A program made the position numbers and the translations under genes. From Wigglesworthia glossinidia endosymbiont of Glossina morsitans morsitans (Yale colony) (lineage in GTDB: Bacteria > Pseudomonadota > Gammaproteobacteria > Enterobacterales > Enterobacteriaceae), in NCBI RefSeq assembly GCF_000247565.1, contig NC_016893.1:660001-692000 (forward strand): a stretch of 32,000 bases of DNA, in the 5' to 3' direction. This document shows, in pieces, positions 1-10,776 of the stretch; position 1 is the first letter of the stretch, and each line of letters begins with the position of its first letter. The notes under the pieces are model-generated. The model was not told the DNA's origin and did no database searches. It was given only the letters and a program-made list of their open reading frames with translations.

Positions 1-2270
1 ATCCACACATGGTAGTACCACTTTTTGTAGGAAGAGAGAAATCGATTCGTTGCCTCGAAATTTCTATGGAAAGAGATAAAAAAATTATGTTAATTGCGCA
101 GAAAGAAGCTTCAAAAGATGAACCGAACATTGACGATCTTTTCTTGGTTGGTACTATTTCTTCTGTACTTCAAATGCTTAAACTACCTGATGGAACCGTA
201 AAAGTACTAGTAGAAGGATTATCTCGAGCGAGTATTATTAATTTAAAAGATAATGGAGATTATTTTTCTGCAGAAATAAATTATTTTGTGATTACTGTTT
301 CAGATAGTCGAGAACAAGAAGTATTAGTACGAGCTGCAATTAATCAGTTTGAAAATTACATTAAGTTAAATAAAAAAATTCCGCCTGAAGTTTTAACTTC
401 GCTAAATAACATTAACGATCCAGCAAGATTAGCAGATACTATTGCCGCTCATATGCCATTAAAACTATCAGGAAAACAAACCGTATTAGAAATGACTAGT
501 ATTACAGAAAGACTAGAATATCTTATGGCTATGATGGAATCAGAAATAGATTTATTGCAGATAGAAAAAAGAATTCGTAATCGAGTAAAAAAACAAATGG
601 AGAAAAGTCAAAGAGAATATTATCTTAATGAACAAATGAAAGCTATACAAAAAGAACTAGGAGAAATAGAAGATACTCCAGATGAACATGAATCTTTAAG
701 ATTAAAAATTAAATCAGCTAAAATGCCTAAAGAAGCTTTACAAAAAACAGAATCTGAATTAAAAAAATTAAAAATGATGTCTCCAATGTCAGCGGAAGCC
801 ACAGTGGTACGCGGATATATTGATTGGATGTTATCTATACCTTGGAATACTCGTAGTAAAGTGAAAAAAAATTTAGTTATCGCTCAAAATACTCTTGACG
901 AAGATCATTATGGATTAAAAAGAGTAAAAGATCGTATATTAGAATACTTAGCAGTGCAAAGTAGAATTTCAAAAATAAAAGGACCTATTTTATGTTTAAT
1001 GGGACCTCCAGGAGTAGGAAAAACTTCCTTAGGAAAATCTATTGCAAGAGCTACAGGAAGAAAATATATCCGTATGGCATTAGGCGGCATTCGTGATGAA
1101 GCAGAAATTCGCGGGCATCGAAGAACTTATATCGGCTCTATGCCAGGAAAAATTATTCAAAAAATGTCTAAAGTTGGAGTAAAAAATCCTTTATTTTTAT
1201 TAGATGAAATTGATAAAATTTCTACAGATATGCGAGGAGATCCAGCTTCAGCATTATTAGAAGTTTTAGATCCAGAACAAAATGTTGCATTCAATGATCA
1301 TTACTTAGAAGTAGATTATGATTTGTCAGATGTGATGTTTGTTGCCACATCTAATTCTATGCGTATTCCAGCAGCATTATTAGATCGTATGGAAGTAATT
1401 CGATTGTCTAGTTATACTGAAGATGAAAAACTAAATATTGCAAGAAAACATTTATTACCAAAACAAGTGCACCGTAATGCTCTTAAAAAAAATGAGTTGT
1501 GCATCGAAGATAATGCGCTTATGGGAATTATTCAATACTATACTAGAGAAGCAGGTGTAAGAAATTTAGAAAGAGAAATTTCTAAATTATGTCGAAAATC
1601 TGTTAAAATGATTTTAATGGATAAAGATATTAGTAGAATTCATATAAATAAAAAAAATTTAAAAAAATTTCTTGGAGTAAAACGATTTGATTATGGAAAA
1701 GCTGAAGAAAAAAATAGAATTGGTCAAGTTGTAGGGTTAGCTTGGACAGAAGTTGGCGGTGATTTATTAACAATAGAAACTGCTTGTGTTTCTGGAAAAG
1801 GAAAACTGACTTATACTGGATCTTTAGGAGAGGTTATGCAAGAATCTATTCAAGCAGCACTGACAGTAGTACGTGCTAGAGCAAATAAACTAGGTATAAA
1901 ACCAGACTTTTATGAAAAGCACGATATTCATGTGCACGTTCCAGAAGGCGCTACTCCCAAAGATGGTCCAAGTGCAGGAATAGCAATGTGTACTGCATTA
2001 GTATCTTGTTTAACGAGCAATCCTGTTAGCTCCCATATAGCCATGACTGGAGAAATTACTTTAAGAGGTCACGTATTACCCATTGGGGGTTTAAAAGAAA
2101 AATTACTTGCAGCACGAAGAGGCGGAATTAAAACAGTTTTAATTCCATATGAAAATAAACGTAATTTAGAAAATATGCCGGAAAGTATTATTAAAGAACT
2201 AAATATTTATCCAGTACAAAATATAGATGAGGTATGGAAGTTATCTTTAGAAAAGATTCCAAATTACTAA
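1..2270 (+). CDS. lon: ATP-dependent Lon protease, 5'-truncated by window edge
   Basis: Near-colinear with E. coli Lon: Walker A GPPGVGKTSLGKSIA, FLLDEIDK, catalytic Ser motif EGATPKDGPSAGIAM. Bases 3-8 encode P-H before the M at 9, matching the 'YPHMV-PLF' region of Lon, so position 9 is not the true start. Confidence 0.98.
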   Translation, partial: PHMVVPLFVGREKSIRCLEISMERDKKIMLIAQKEASKDEPNIDDLFLVGTISSVLQMLKLPDGTVKVLVEGLSRASIINLKDNGDYFSAEINYFVITVSDSREQEVLVRAAINQFENYIKLNKKIPPEVLTSLNNINDPARLADTIAAHMPLKLSGKQTVLEMTSITERLEYLMAMMESEIDLLQIEKRIRNRVKKQMEKSQREYYLNEQMKAIQKELGEIEDTPDEHESLRLKIKSAKMPKEALQKTESELKKLKMMSPMSAEATVVRGYIDWMLSIPWNTRSKVKKNLVIAQNTLDEDHYGLKRVKDRILEYLAVQSRISKIKGPILCLMGPPGVGKTSLGKSIARATGRKYIRMALGGIRDEAEIRGHRRTYIGSMPGKIIQKMSKVGVKNPLFLLDEIDKISTDMRGDPASALLEVLDPEQNVAFNDHYLEVDYDLSDVMFVATSNSMRIPAALLDRMEVIRLSSYTEDEKLNIARKHLLPKQVHRNALKKNELCIEDNALMGIIQYYTREAGVRNLEREISKLCRKSVKMILMDKDISRIHINKKNLKKFLGVKRFDYGKAEEKNRIGQVVGLAWTEVGGDLLTIETACVSGKGKLTYTGSLGEVMQESIQAALTVVRARANKLGIKPDFYEKHDIHVHVPEGATPKDGPSAGIAMCTALVSCLTSNPVSSHIAMTGEITLRGHVLPIGGLKEKLLAARRGGIKTVLIPYENKRNLENMPESIIKELNIYPVQNIDEVWKLSLEKIPNY

Positions 2271-2330
2271 TTTAGTCTAATTTTTTAAAAAAATTATTAA
2301 TAAAATTTTTTAGGCATTTTTAAATAAAAT

Positions 2331-2358
2331 TTAAAACTTGTATACACTTAAAACTTGT
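2331..2358 (+). repeat. Tandem-like 11-bp direct repeat TTAAAACTTGT, 17-bp period
   Basis: TTAAAACTTGT at 2331-2341 and again at 2348-2358, separated by ATACAC, in the lon-ppiD spacer. Confidence 0.8.
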
Positions 2359-2364
2359 TAATAT

Positions 2365-2370
2365 TATAAT
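2365..2370 (+). promoter_or_regulatory. Candidate -10 box (TATAAT) just upstream of ppiD
   Basis: Perfect TATAAT six bases before the ATG. No good -35 at 16-18 bp spacing. AT-rich background lowers specificity. Confidence 0.25.
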
Positions 2371-2376
2371 GTAGTA

Positions 2377-4242
2377 ATGAAAAAAAAAATTTTTTTAAAA
2401 TCAAAAAAAATTATTTCTCATACTATTTTAATTTGTATTATTTTATCTCTTTTATTAACCGGAATAGGAGCATATTTAATAAATGAAAATTATGCAATAA
2501 AAATAGGAAACGAAAAAATTCCGTACAAAAAAATTCAGCAAATTATGATGGATCTATATGCTAATCAAAAAAACTTAGATACTACTAAATCCGACTCTTT
2601 CTATTTAAAAAATGAAGCGATATTAAAAATAATTAATCATACCTTATTAAAGCAATATGCAAAAAATATTCATTTGATTATATCAGATCAAAAAATAAAA
2701 AATACAATACAGTCTCTATCTTTTTTTAATTCTGAAGAAAAATTTAATTTAGAGAAATTAAAAATTACGTTAAATAATTCTGGATTAACATTGAAAGAGT
2801 TCATTAACGAAATACACGATCATCTATTAGTAGAAGAACTAATAAAAAATATTAATCTTACATCTTTTTTTCTTCCATATGAAATTGATCAAGTTTTATT
2901 TAATACTTTTCAAGAACGTTACGTAAGAATTATAACATATAACAAATATAAATTAATTGATCAACAGCATGTTTCTGAAGCTGATATTTATGCAGAATAT
3001 AAATTAAATCAAAAAAAATATGAATTACCAGAAAAATTTAATATGGATTATATTCTAATAAATTTAGAAAACATAAACAATAATATTGTTGTTGATACAA
3101 GTGAAGTGGAGAAATGGTACAAAAAAAATATTGAAATGTTTACTTTGCCAGAACAAAAAAGATATAGTGTGATTCAAACACATACAAAAGAAGAAGCGGA
3201 GTACTGTTTGCAACAAATTGAAGCCGGAGAAGATTTCTCTAAAATTGCACGACAAAGATCTAAAGATATTTTTTCCTCTTTAAATTCAGGAGATCTCGGA
3301 TGGATATCTGATGATATTTTTATAGAAGAAATTCACTTAGCTGATTTAAAAAATAAAAATGAAATATCTAAAATTATCAAATCTCCTTCTTCTGGATACC
3401 TAATTATTAAATTAGTGGATATAAAATTTAAAAATATACAAAATTTACAATCAGTATACAGTATTGTTGAAAAGCGAATCAAATCTGATAAATCTAAAAA
3501 CATGTTTAAGCGTCATAAAGAAAATATAGAAAATTTAATAAATAATAATTCATTGAATTTAATTGATCTTGCTTCTCATTTACATATTAATACAAATAAA
3601 ACTGGGTTGTTAAAGATTGAAAAGATATCAAATTTTTTACTAAAACAGTTAAATTTGAGCAAATCTGATTTTTTTAATCATATAAATTTGAATTCATGCG
3701 ATAATCTTTTACAGAAAAACCAGTTATATAGTGACGATAAAAATATTTTAATTTTTTGCGTAAAAAATTCTCAATCTAAATATACACAACCTTTAAATGA
3801 AATAAAAGATAAAATTATAAAAGAAATAAAAAATAAAAAATTTATGTTACAAACGCGAATAAATCTTGAAAAGATAATAACTGAACTAAATTCTAAAAAT
3901 TCATCAGAAGCGATTAATCAATTAAAAAATACGGGTTTAATCATTTCTGAAATTAAAAAAGTGAGTATATTTGATGAAAATTACGAAGATATTTTTAAAA
4001 AGTTTGTGTTTAATATGCCAGAACCTTCAAAAGAAAATATAACATTCAAAATTTTTAATAATAATGATAAAATTTTTTTAGTCGCTTTAGAAAAAATATC
4101 TTTTAAAAAAGCAAATAATCTAGAAAAAAATATATTAATTAATCAATGGAAAGAACAAATAATTTCATTAAATTTAGAAGCATTATTAGTTAATTTACGT
4201 AATTCTACAAAGATAAAATCTAAAATTTTAGAAAAATACTAA
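2377..4242 (+). CDS. ppiD: PpiD, inner-membrane-anchored periplasmic folding chaperone (parvulin/SurA_N family)
   Basis: 621 aa with an N-terminal TM segment, RYSVIQTHTKEEAEYCLQQIEAGEDFSKIARQRSKDI (parvulin domain), and position directly after lon (hupB absent). Confidence 0.93.
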   Translation: MKKKIFLKSKKIISHTILICIILSLLLTGIGAYLINENYAIKIGNEKIPYKKIQQIMMDLYANQKNLDTTKSDSFYLKNEAILKIINHTLLKQYAKNIHLIISDQKIKNTIQSLSFFNSEEKFNLEKLKITLNNSGLTLKEFINEIHDHLLVEELIKNINLTSFFLPYEIDQVLFNTFQERYVRIITYNKYKLIDQQHVSEADIYAEYKLNQKKYELPEKFNMDYILINLENINNNIVVDTSEVEKWYKKNIEMFTLPEQKRYSVIQTHTKEEAEYCLQQIEAGEDFSKIARQRSKDIFSSLNSGDLGWISDDIFIEEIHLADLKNKNEISKIIKSPSSGYLIIKLVDIKFKNIQNLQSVYSIVEKRIKSDKSKNMFKRHKENIENLINNNSLNLIDLASHLHINTNKTGLLKIEKISNFLLKQLNLSKSDFFNHINLNSCDNLLQKNQLYSDDKNILIFCVKNSQSKYTQPLNEIKDKIIKEIKNKKFMLQTRINLEKIITELNSKNSSEAINQLKNTGLIISEIKKVSIFDENYEDIFKKFVFNMPEPSKENITFKIFNNNDKIFLVALEKISFKKANNLEKNILINQWKEQIISLNLEALLVNLRNSTKIKSKILEKY

Positions 4243-4245
4243 AAA

Positions 4246-5121
4246 TTAACTATATTCTTTTTTATAATCTACTGCAATAAATAAGCTAATTATCGTAATC
4301 ATAACAATAGAAAACAAAAAAATTTTTTTTCCCCAAACTATATTAAAATTCATTTCTTCAGATTTAAAACCTTGCAACGCAATAAACAACCAAATAATAT
4401 TTAAAATTATAGAAATTGTTAAATATTTATATCCTGCATACTGTTTAATGAACAATATAATTGTTGAAACAAAAAATAAAAAAATATAAAAAATAATATT
4501 TAATTTTGTTTTAAAAATTCCTTTTTTAATTGGAAAAATAGGAATAGATGCAGCTTGATAATCTTGATATCTAAAAATCGCAATTGCATAAGAATGTGGT
4601 ATTTGCCAAAATCCGAAAATACATAATAAAATTAATGCTCCTAAATCAATATAATTAGTTACTGCACAATATCCAATCATTGGAGGGGTTGCTCCAGATA
4701 GACTTCCAACTAAAATAGCATGTATAGAATATCGTTTCATTAATATACTATAAATTACTACGTAGATAAAAAAACCAAATACTGCAATCATTAAAGTTAA
4801 AAGATTAATTTTAAATAAAAAAAATATCCCAAAAAATAACAAAATATATCCATACAAACATGCAGGTTTAGGTTGAATTAATCCACGTGCTAATGCTCTA
4901 TGTTTAGTACGTTGCATTTTTTTATCTATGTCTCGATCTATATAATTATTAAGCACTGATGCTGATGCAATTATGAAAGATGTACCAAGTAAAGTATTAA
5001 ATAATAGAAAAAAATTAATTTCTCCTTGAGATGCAAGAAAAAAACAACCAGTCGTAGAAATAAGATTTCCTAAAATTATTCCTGGTTTTATAATTTGAAA
5101 ATAACTTGTTAATATATACAT
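4246..5121 (-). CDS. cyoE: Protoheme IX farnesyltransferase (heme O synthase)
   Basis: Prenyltransferase motif NNYIDRDIDKKMQRTKHRALARG and DYQDYQAASIPIFPIKKG; last gene of the cyo operon. Confidence 0.96.
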   Translation of the reverse strand: MYILTSYFQIIKPGIILGNLISTTGCFFLASQGEINFFLLFNTLLGTSFIIASASVLNNYIDRDIDKKMQRTKHRALARGLIQPKPACLYGYILLFFGIFFLFKINLLTLMIAVFGFFIYVVIYSILMKRYSIHAILVGSLSGATPPMIGYCAVTNYIDLGALILLCIFGFWQIPHSYAIAIFRYQDYQAASIPIFPIKKGIFKTKLNIIFYIFLFFVSTIILFIKQYAGYKYLTISIILNIIWLFIALQGFKSEEMNFNIVWGKKIFLFSIVMITIISLFIAVDYKKEYS

Positions 5122-5148
5122 TTAGTTTTTCAAAAATATTTTATAAAT

Positions 5149-5451
5149 TCACATAAAATTTTCATGCAAATGAGACATAATCCAATAAGATCCAAAAACT
5201 AAAATAAAAACAATTAAAATAGTAAATAATAAAGAAATTAATTTCCAGTTAATTTTTTCTGTATTATAAATATGTAAAAAACAAATTAATTGCACTATAG
5301 ATTGCAATATAGCACTAGATATTATGATTAAGAAAATAAAATTTTTATCAATATAATTTTTTTTTATTATTGCTAGGAAAGAAACTAATGTGAAAAAACA
5401 AGAAAGTAAAGATCCTATGATATATAACTTTTTTTTGCATAAAATTGTCAT
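5149..5451 (-). CDS. cyoD: Cytochrome bo3 ubiquinol oxidase subunit IV
   Basis: About 100 aa with three TM segments, ATGA overlap with cyoC, operon context. Confidence 0.9.
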   Translation of the reverse strand: MTILCKKKLYIIGSLLSCFFTLVSFLAIIKKNYIDKNFIFLIIISSAILQSIVQLICFLHIYNTEKINWKLISLLFTILIVFILVFGSYWIMSHLHENFM

Positions 5452-6068
5452 ATAATTACTCCTAATAAATATACTATATTAAATACAAAAATCCAAATTA
5501 CGTCTAAAAAATGCCAAAATAAACTTAATAATTTTAAACGTGTCTTATATATGATGGTATATCCATTACGATAAGTTTGCATAATAAGAATTATCATCCA
5601 TAGTATCCCTGATACTACATGTATTCCATGAGTTCCAACAAGTGTAAAAAATATAGATAAAAATGCGCTTTTTTCTGGACCATAATTATGATGAATTAAT
5701 TGATAAAATTCTTGTAGCTCAAGAGCAACAAAAAATATTCCTAATAAAACAGTGATAAATAACCAAAAATTAATCCAATTTTTATTAGGTATTGATAGTG
5801 ATGCTATCCCGCAAGTAATACTGCTAGACAATAAAATTATTGTTTCTAAAAAAACCATATTTATTTCGAATATGTCTTTTCCTGAAGGACCTCCTGCAAT
5901 ATTATTTTTCAAAACAAAATAAGTGGCGAATAGAGTTGCAAATAAAATGCAATCACTCATTAAATATACCCAAAATCCCAGAATTTTTATTCTCTGGCTA
6001 TGTTCTTCACAATGCAACGGATTATGTTCATTTTGGGTTTTAGAACAGCAAAATGAATTAATTAACAT
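5448..6068 (-). CDS. cyoC: Cytochrome bo3 ubiquinol oxidase subunit III
   Basis: KILGFWVYLMSDCILFATLFATYFVLKNNIAGGPSGKDIFE ... FWHFLDVIWIFVFNIVYLLG matches CyoC. Confidence 0.97.
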   Translation of the reverse strand: MLINSFCCSKTQNEHNPLHCEEHSQRIKILGFWVYLMSDCILFATLFATYFVLKNNIAGGPSGKDIFEINMVFLETIILLSSSITCGIASLSIPNKNWINFWLFITVLLGIFFVALELQEFYQLIHHNYGPEKSAFLSIFFTLVGTHGIHVVSGILWMIILIMQTYRNGYTIIYKTRLKLLSLFWHFLDVIWIFVFNIVYLLGVII

Positions 6069-6088
6069 GATTTATTCCTTGTAATTTG

Positions 6089-8053
6089 CTACTTTATTGC
6101 TTTATTATTTTCGATATCATATATAGTTTTCACAGGAATATAATAATCTTTATTTTTTTGAAAACTATCGAATATCCATATCATTATTACTCCAAATATT
6201 CCAAAAATCGACATCCACCATATGTGCCATACCATAGCAAATCCAAATATTAAAGAAAAAATGGAAATAAAAATTCCAGAACTAGTATTTTTGGGCATAT
6301 GAATTGGATCATATGATATCTGATAATTTTTTTTGCTTTTTTCTTTTTTTATAAACCAAAATGCATCTCTAACATTGCATTCACTTGGAATAATTGCAAA
6401 ATTGTAAAGTGGAGGTGGTGATTTAGTAGACCATTCTAACGTTCTTCCATTCCAGGGATCACCTGTAATATCACGATATTTATGCTTGTTTTTTATGCTA
6501 ATTAATAATTGTATTATTTGGCAAATAATACCTAATGCAATCAATATAGTTCCTAATGCAGCAATAGATAAGGGTATATGAAATTCTGAATCAATGTTTT
6601 GACTTAAACGTCTTGTCATTCCCATAAATCCTAAAACGTAAAGAGGCATAAAAGCAATGTAAAAACCGATTATCCAAAACCAAAAGGCTCTCTTTCCCCA
6701 AGTTTCATTTAAAGTAAATCCGAAAGCTTTTGGAAACCAATATGTCATACCTGCAAAGCATCCAAATACCACTCCTCCTATAATAACATTATGAAAGTGA
6801 CCTATTAAAAATAAGCTATTATGTAGCACATAATCGGCTCCTGGTACTGATAATAAGACTCCGGTCATGCCTCCAATGGAAAATGTAATTATAAATCCTA
6901 TTGTCCATAACATGGATGAGTGAAATTTTATTTTGCCTTTATAAATTGTAAAAATCCAATTAAATACTTTTACGCCTGTAGGAATAGCAATAATCATTGT
7001 CATAATTCCAAAGAATGAATTTACATCGGACCCAGATCCCATAGTAAAAAAATGATGTAACCATACACAAAAAGAAAGTAATGTAATTGCAATTGTAGCC
7101 CAAACTAAAGAATTATATCCAAACAAGCTTTTTTTAGAAAAAGTAGATACAATTTCAGAAAAAATTCCAAAAACAGGTAGTACTAAAATGTATACTTCTG
7201 GATGGCCCCATGCCCAAAACAAATTAATATACATCATCATATTTCCACCCATATCGTTAGTAAAAAAATGAGTATTTAAATAACGATCTAAAGTGAGTAA
7301 AAATATTGTCACAGTTAAAATTGGAAAAGCAGCAATTATGAGAATGTTAGTGCAAAATGAAGTCCAAGTAAATACTGGCATTTTCATCATTGACATGTTA
7401 GGCGCTCTCATACGTAAAATTGTAACAAAAAAATTAATTCCTGTTAAAGTCGTACCAATTCCAGAAATTTGAATACTCCAGATCCAATAATCTACCCCAA
7501 CACCTGGACTGTATTGAATTTCTGATAACGGCGGATATGCTGTCCAGCCTGTTTGCGCAAACTCTCCTATACCTAGTGATAAATTAATAAGAACTACTCC
7601 GACCATAAATAACCAAAAACTTAAAGAATTTAAAAAAGGAAATGCAACATCTCTAGCACCAATTTGAAGAGGTACAATTAAATTCATTAATCCTACTATA
7701 AAAGGAGTAGCCATAAAAATAATCATAATCACACCATGAGCAGTTATAATTTGATCATAGTGATGAGGAGGTAAAAAACCTGATTGACCAGAAGAAACAA
7801 TTGCTTGATGGGCGCGCATCATAACTGCATCTGCAAATCCTCTGAACATCATAACAAACGCCATTATTATGTACATAATACCGATTTTTTTATGATCTAC
7901 TGAGGTTAACCATTCACTCCAAAGATATGTCCATTTTTTATGATAAGTAATTATGGAAATTAATCCTAAAATGACTAAAAAAATAATAAAAACTGTTACC
8001 ATTACGATGGGTTCTTGATAAGGAATTGAATTAAAATTTAATTTTCCCAACAT
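6089..8053 (-). CDS. cyoB: Cytochrome bo3 ubiquinol oxidase subunit I
   Basis: [38 protein letters not shown]: heme-copper oxidase subunit I motifs. Confidence 0.98.
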   Translation of the reverse strand: MLGKLNFNSIPYQEPIVMVTVFIIFLVILGLISIITYHKKWTYLWSEWLTSVDHKKIGIMYIIMAFVMMFRGFADAVMMRAHQAIVSSGQSGFLPPHHYDQIITAHGVIMIIFMATPFIVGLMNLIVPLQIGARDVAFPFLNSLSFWLFMVGVVLINLSLGIGEFAQTGWTAYPPLSEIQYSPGVGVDYWIWSIQISGIGTTLTGINFFVTILRMRAPNMSMMKMPVFTWTSFCTNILIIAAFPILTVTIFLLTLDRYLNTHFFTNDMGGNMMMYINLFWAWGHPEVYILVLPVFGIFSEIVSTFSKKSLFGYNSLVWATIAITLLSFCVWLHHFFTMGSGSDVNSFFGIMTMIIAIPTGVKVFNWIFTIYKGKIKFHSSMLWTIGFIITFSIGGMTGVLLSVPGADYVLHNSLFLIGHFHNVIIGGVVFGCFAGMTYWFPKAFGFTLNETWGKRAFWFWIIGFYIAFMPLYVLGFMGMTRRLSQNIDSEFHIPLSIAALGTILIALGIICQIIQLLISIKNKHKYRDITGDPWNGRTLEWSTKSPPPLYNFAIIPSECNVRDAFWFIKKEKSKKNYQISYDPIHMPKNTSSGIFISIFSLIFGFAMVWHIWWMSIFGIFGVIMIWIFDSFQKNKDYYIPVKTIYDIENNKAIK

Positions 8054-8095
8054 AATTTTTATCCTATATTAACTAATGTGTATAATTTTTTTGTT

Positions 8096-8965
8096 TTAAT
8101 TATAAATATTATGAGAATGTTTAAATTGATTGACTACATCATCAAATAAATTCGGTTTTACTCGAGAAAAATGTTCTATTGGATGATTAATACTAGGATG
8201 AGCAAGAATTTGATATTCTTGCATATTTTCAAGTTTTTTAGAAGACTTTTGAATGTTTTTTATCCAAGTATCAAATTCGTTTTTATCAGATAATGAAATA
8301 GCGATAAACTTCATTTCGGAAAAACCTGGCCCACTAAAATTGGCAGATATTCCTTTATATTTTCCTGTTTCATTAGATACAAGATGTAAAATTGAATTCA
8401 TTCCTGCCATAGCATAAATTTGTCCGCCTAATTGAGGAATGAAGAAAGAATTCATTACAGAACTAGAGGTAATATTAAATTTTATCGGGACATTTTTTGG
8501 AAATGCAATTTCGTTAACTGTGGCAATATTATAATCTGGATAAATAAAAAGCCATTTCCAATCTAGAGAAATTACTTGTATATTGAGGGTAGAATTTAAA
8601 GATTGAATTTCTTTTTTAGGATCTAAAGAATGCGTTGAGTTCCAAGTAATTGTTGCTAAAAAAATAATAGCAAATATTGGAACACCCCAAATTATATATT
8701 CAATTTTTTTAGAATGTTGCCAATTTGGTAAGTATATTGACCGTGTATTAGATTCACGATATTTAAAGACAAATACAATCGTCATGATAATTACTGGCAA
8801 TACTATGCCGAGCATAAGAAATATGGCGATTAATATAAGTTTTTTCTCTTCTAATCCAATCAATCCTTGAGGATTCATCAAAGTTATATTTTTACAGCTA
8901 TTTAAAAAAAATAAAATGCATACTAAAATAGTATTTTTTAATTTTTTTATGTTATTTTTTATCAT
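8096..8965 (-). CDS. cyoA: Cytochrome bo3 ubiquinol oxidase subunit II
   Basis: SLDWKWLFIYPDYNIATVNEIAFPKNVPIKFNITSSSVMNSFFIPQLGGQIYAMAGM; N-terminal lipoprotein-like Cys (FLNSC). Confidence 0.97.
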   Translation of the reverse strand: MIKNNIKKLKNTILVCILFFLNSCKNITLMNPQGLIGLEEKKLILIAIFLMLGIVLPVIIMTIVFVFKYRESNTRSIYLPNWQHSKKIEYIIWGVPIFAIIFLATITWNSTHSLDPKKEIQSLNSTLNIQVISLDWKWLFIYPDYNIATVNEIAFPKNVPIKFNITSSSVMNSFFIPQLGGQIYAMAGMNSILHLVSNETGKYKGISANFSGPGFSEMKFIAISLSDKNEFDTWIKNIQKSSKKLENMQEYQILAHPSINHPIEHFSRVKPNLFDDVVNQFKHSHNIYN

Positions 8966-9300
8966 ATTTAAATAGCCTTTATAAAATTGTATCGTATATT
9001 ATATACTATCTGTAGTCAGAATAAATTTACATAAATTTTTTTATTCCATAAAAAAATTAATCTTATTTTTAAAATAATAAAATTTTCAAGCAAACAAACT
9101 AATTTGAGTTGAATAAATTATACACTATATTTTTTTATGAATTAATCCAGATATATATTATTTTTTATAAATTTGAAACATATATCTTATATTACTAAAA
9201 TAAATAAAATTTAGTAAAAGTTTTAATAATTATATATTAATTATAATAATTTTAGATAAATTTTATAAAAATTAATTTATTTTTTTTGAAAAATAATCTT

Positions 9301-10185
9301 ATGAAAATAACTATTTTAGGATGTGGTGTAATAGGAAAAATTTGGATCGCACATTTTATGAAAAAAAAATATTTCGTGCAAGGATGGTTGAAAAAAAATA
9401 AAAAATTTTTAAAATTTACATTAGTTTCTATTTTCAATGAATACAAAAAATATGAAATATATTCAAATGATGTTTATCACTTACAAAAAAGTGATATTTT
9501 GCTTGTAACTTTAAAAGCATGGCAAACCATACAAGCAATAAAAAAAGTTTTACCAAAATTAAAAAAAAATTGTGCTATTGTAATTATCCAAAATGGTATA
9601 GGAATTCAGGAACAATTAAAAAAAATCCAACAACCACTATTTTTTGGAATCACTACACATTCTGGATATTTAAAAAATCATATCACTTACCATACTCACT
9701 ATGGCGCTACGTATATTGGACCGGGCAATAAATCAAAGTATTTTTATAAATCAACTTTATTTATTTTAAACGATATATTGCCAAAAGTAATTTGGAAAAA
9801 AAATATTTTATATTTTATTTGGTTAAAATTAGCTGTTAATTGCGTGATTAATCCATTAAGTGTAATTTATAATTGTAAGAATGGAGACTTATTAAAATAT
9901 AAGTCAGATATATATATTCTATCATATGAAATAGCATTAATTATGCAACTAAATGGATTTTATATAGATAAAGATGTTTTATTCAAATATATTTTAGGTG
10001 TTATATATATAACAAAAAATAATGTTTCTTCTATGTTACAAGATTTCATTTTTAATAAAAAATCTGAAATTGATTATATTAACGGATATATTGTATATTC
10101 TAGTATGAAATTTGGAGTTCGAGTACCATATAACAAATATATTTTTGAACTTATTAAAGAAAAAGAAAAAATTTATTTAAAATAA
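9301..10185 (+). CDS. panE: 2-dehydropantoate 2-reductase
   Basis: MKITILGCGVIGKIWIAHF ... LLVTLKAWQ ... WLKLAVNCVINPLSVIYNCKNGDL ... EIDYINGYIVYSSMKFGVRVPYNKYIFELIK matches E. coli PanE throughout. The ORF track starts at a TTG (9286); the ATG at 9301 matches the E. coli start. Confidence 0.95.
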   Translation: MKITILGCGVIGKIWIAHFMKKKYFVQGWLKKNKKFLKFTLVSIFNEYKKYEIYSNDVYHLQKSDILLVTLKAWQTIQAIKKVLPKLKKNCAIVIIQNGIGIQEQLKKIQQPLFFGITTHSGYLKNHITYHTHYGATYIGPGNKSKYFYKSTLFILNDILPKVIWKKNILYFIWLKLAVNCVINPLSVIYNCKNGDLLKYKSDIYILSYEIALIMQLNGFYIDKDVLFKYILGVIYITKNNVSSMLQDFIFNKKSEIDYINGYIVYSSMKFGVRVPYNKYIFELIKEKEKIYLK

Positions 10186-10199
10186 TAATACTTATTTTT

Positions 10200-10532
10200 T
10201 TAAATAGAAACTGAAAATATTTTAATTTTTCTAAATCCTTTTTGGTATAAATATATCGCTTGTAGTCGACTCATCATTCCATAATTACAATATAATACAT
10301 AAGATTTATTTTTATCTAAATTTAAAAAATTTTTATGTATTTCAAAATAAGGAAAGTTACTGACAGAAATATCCTTTAATTTTAAAGGACGCTTGTTACT
10401 TTCCATTGAATCACGAATATCTAAAACAATATCTGACTTATTTAATTTTGTAAAATCATTAATTTCTTGAAAATATGGTATTTCAGCGATTAATTTAGAA
10501 TTTTTAACTTTTTTTATTTTTTTATTTTGCAT
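10200..10532 (-). CDS. thiI: Free-standing rhodanese domain derived from the C-terminus of ThiI
   Basis: DIVLDIRDSMESNKRPLKLKDISVSNFPYFEIHKNFLNLDKNKSYVLYCNYGMMSRLQAIYLYQKGFRKIKIF aligns with the C-terminal ~100 aa of E. coli ThiI, including the active Cys (WCERGVMSR -> YCNYGMMSR). Located between panE and ispA, as in the ancestral order. No THUMP or PP-loop coding is detectable upstream. Confidence 0.88.
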   Translation of the reverse strand: MQNKKIKKVKNSKLIAEIPYFQEINDFTKLNKSDIVLDIRDSMESNKRPLKLKDISVSNFPYFEIHKNFLNLDKNKSYVLYCNYGMMSRLQAIYLYQKGFRKIKIFSVSI

Positions 10533-10776
10533 TTTATTAAGTAAACTTTCATATTTTTATTAACTTATTAATAAACGAATGAAATCTTTTATTTTAAATT
10601 GTTATAATTTTATAAAATAGATCGTGTATAATCTAGTAAATTATAGTATATATTTTTTTATAATCAAGTATTATATGTTTTATATACATAAGTTCATTTT
10701 AATATTATTTTAAATAATTCAATTTATTTACATGATATGATCAATTTTTTCGATATTCACTATAGTAAATATTAAA

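Noticed and set aside
620-1090. Small minus-strand ORFs 620..802 and 908..1090
   Set aside because: Both antisense within lon; shadow ORFs.
3064-3255. 63-aa minus ORF
   Set aside because: Antisense within ppiD, no domain.
8966-9300. 335-bp cyoA-panE spacer as a possible hidden gene, ncRNA or relic
   Set aside because: No ORF, no convincing structure and no recognisable relic of yajQ/yajR; very AT-rich eroded spacer plus likely cyo promoter region.
9519-9731. 70-aa + ORF and the 9252..9446 minus ORF
   Set aside because: Both overlap panE in other frames; panE is clearly the coding frame.
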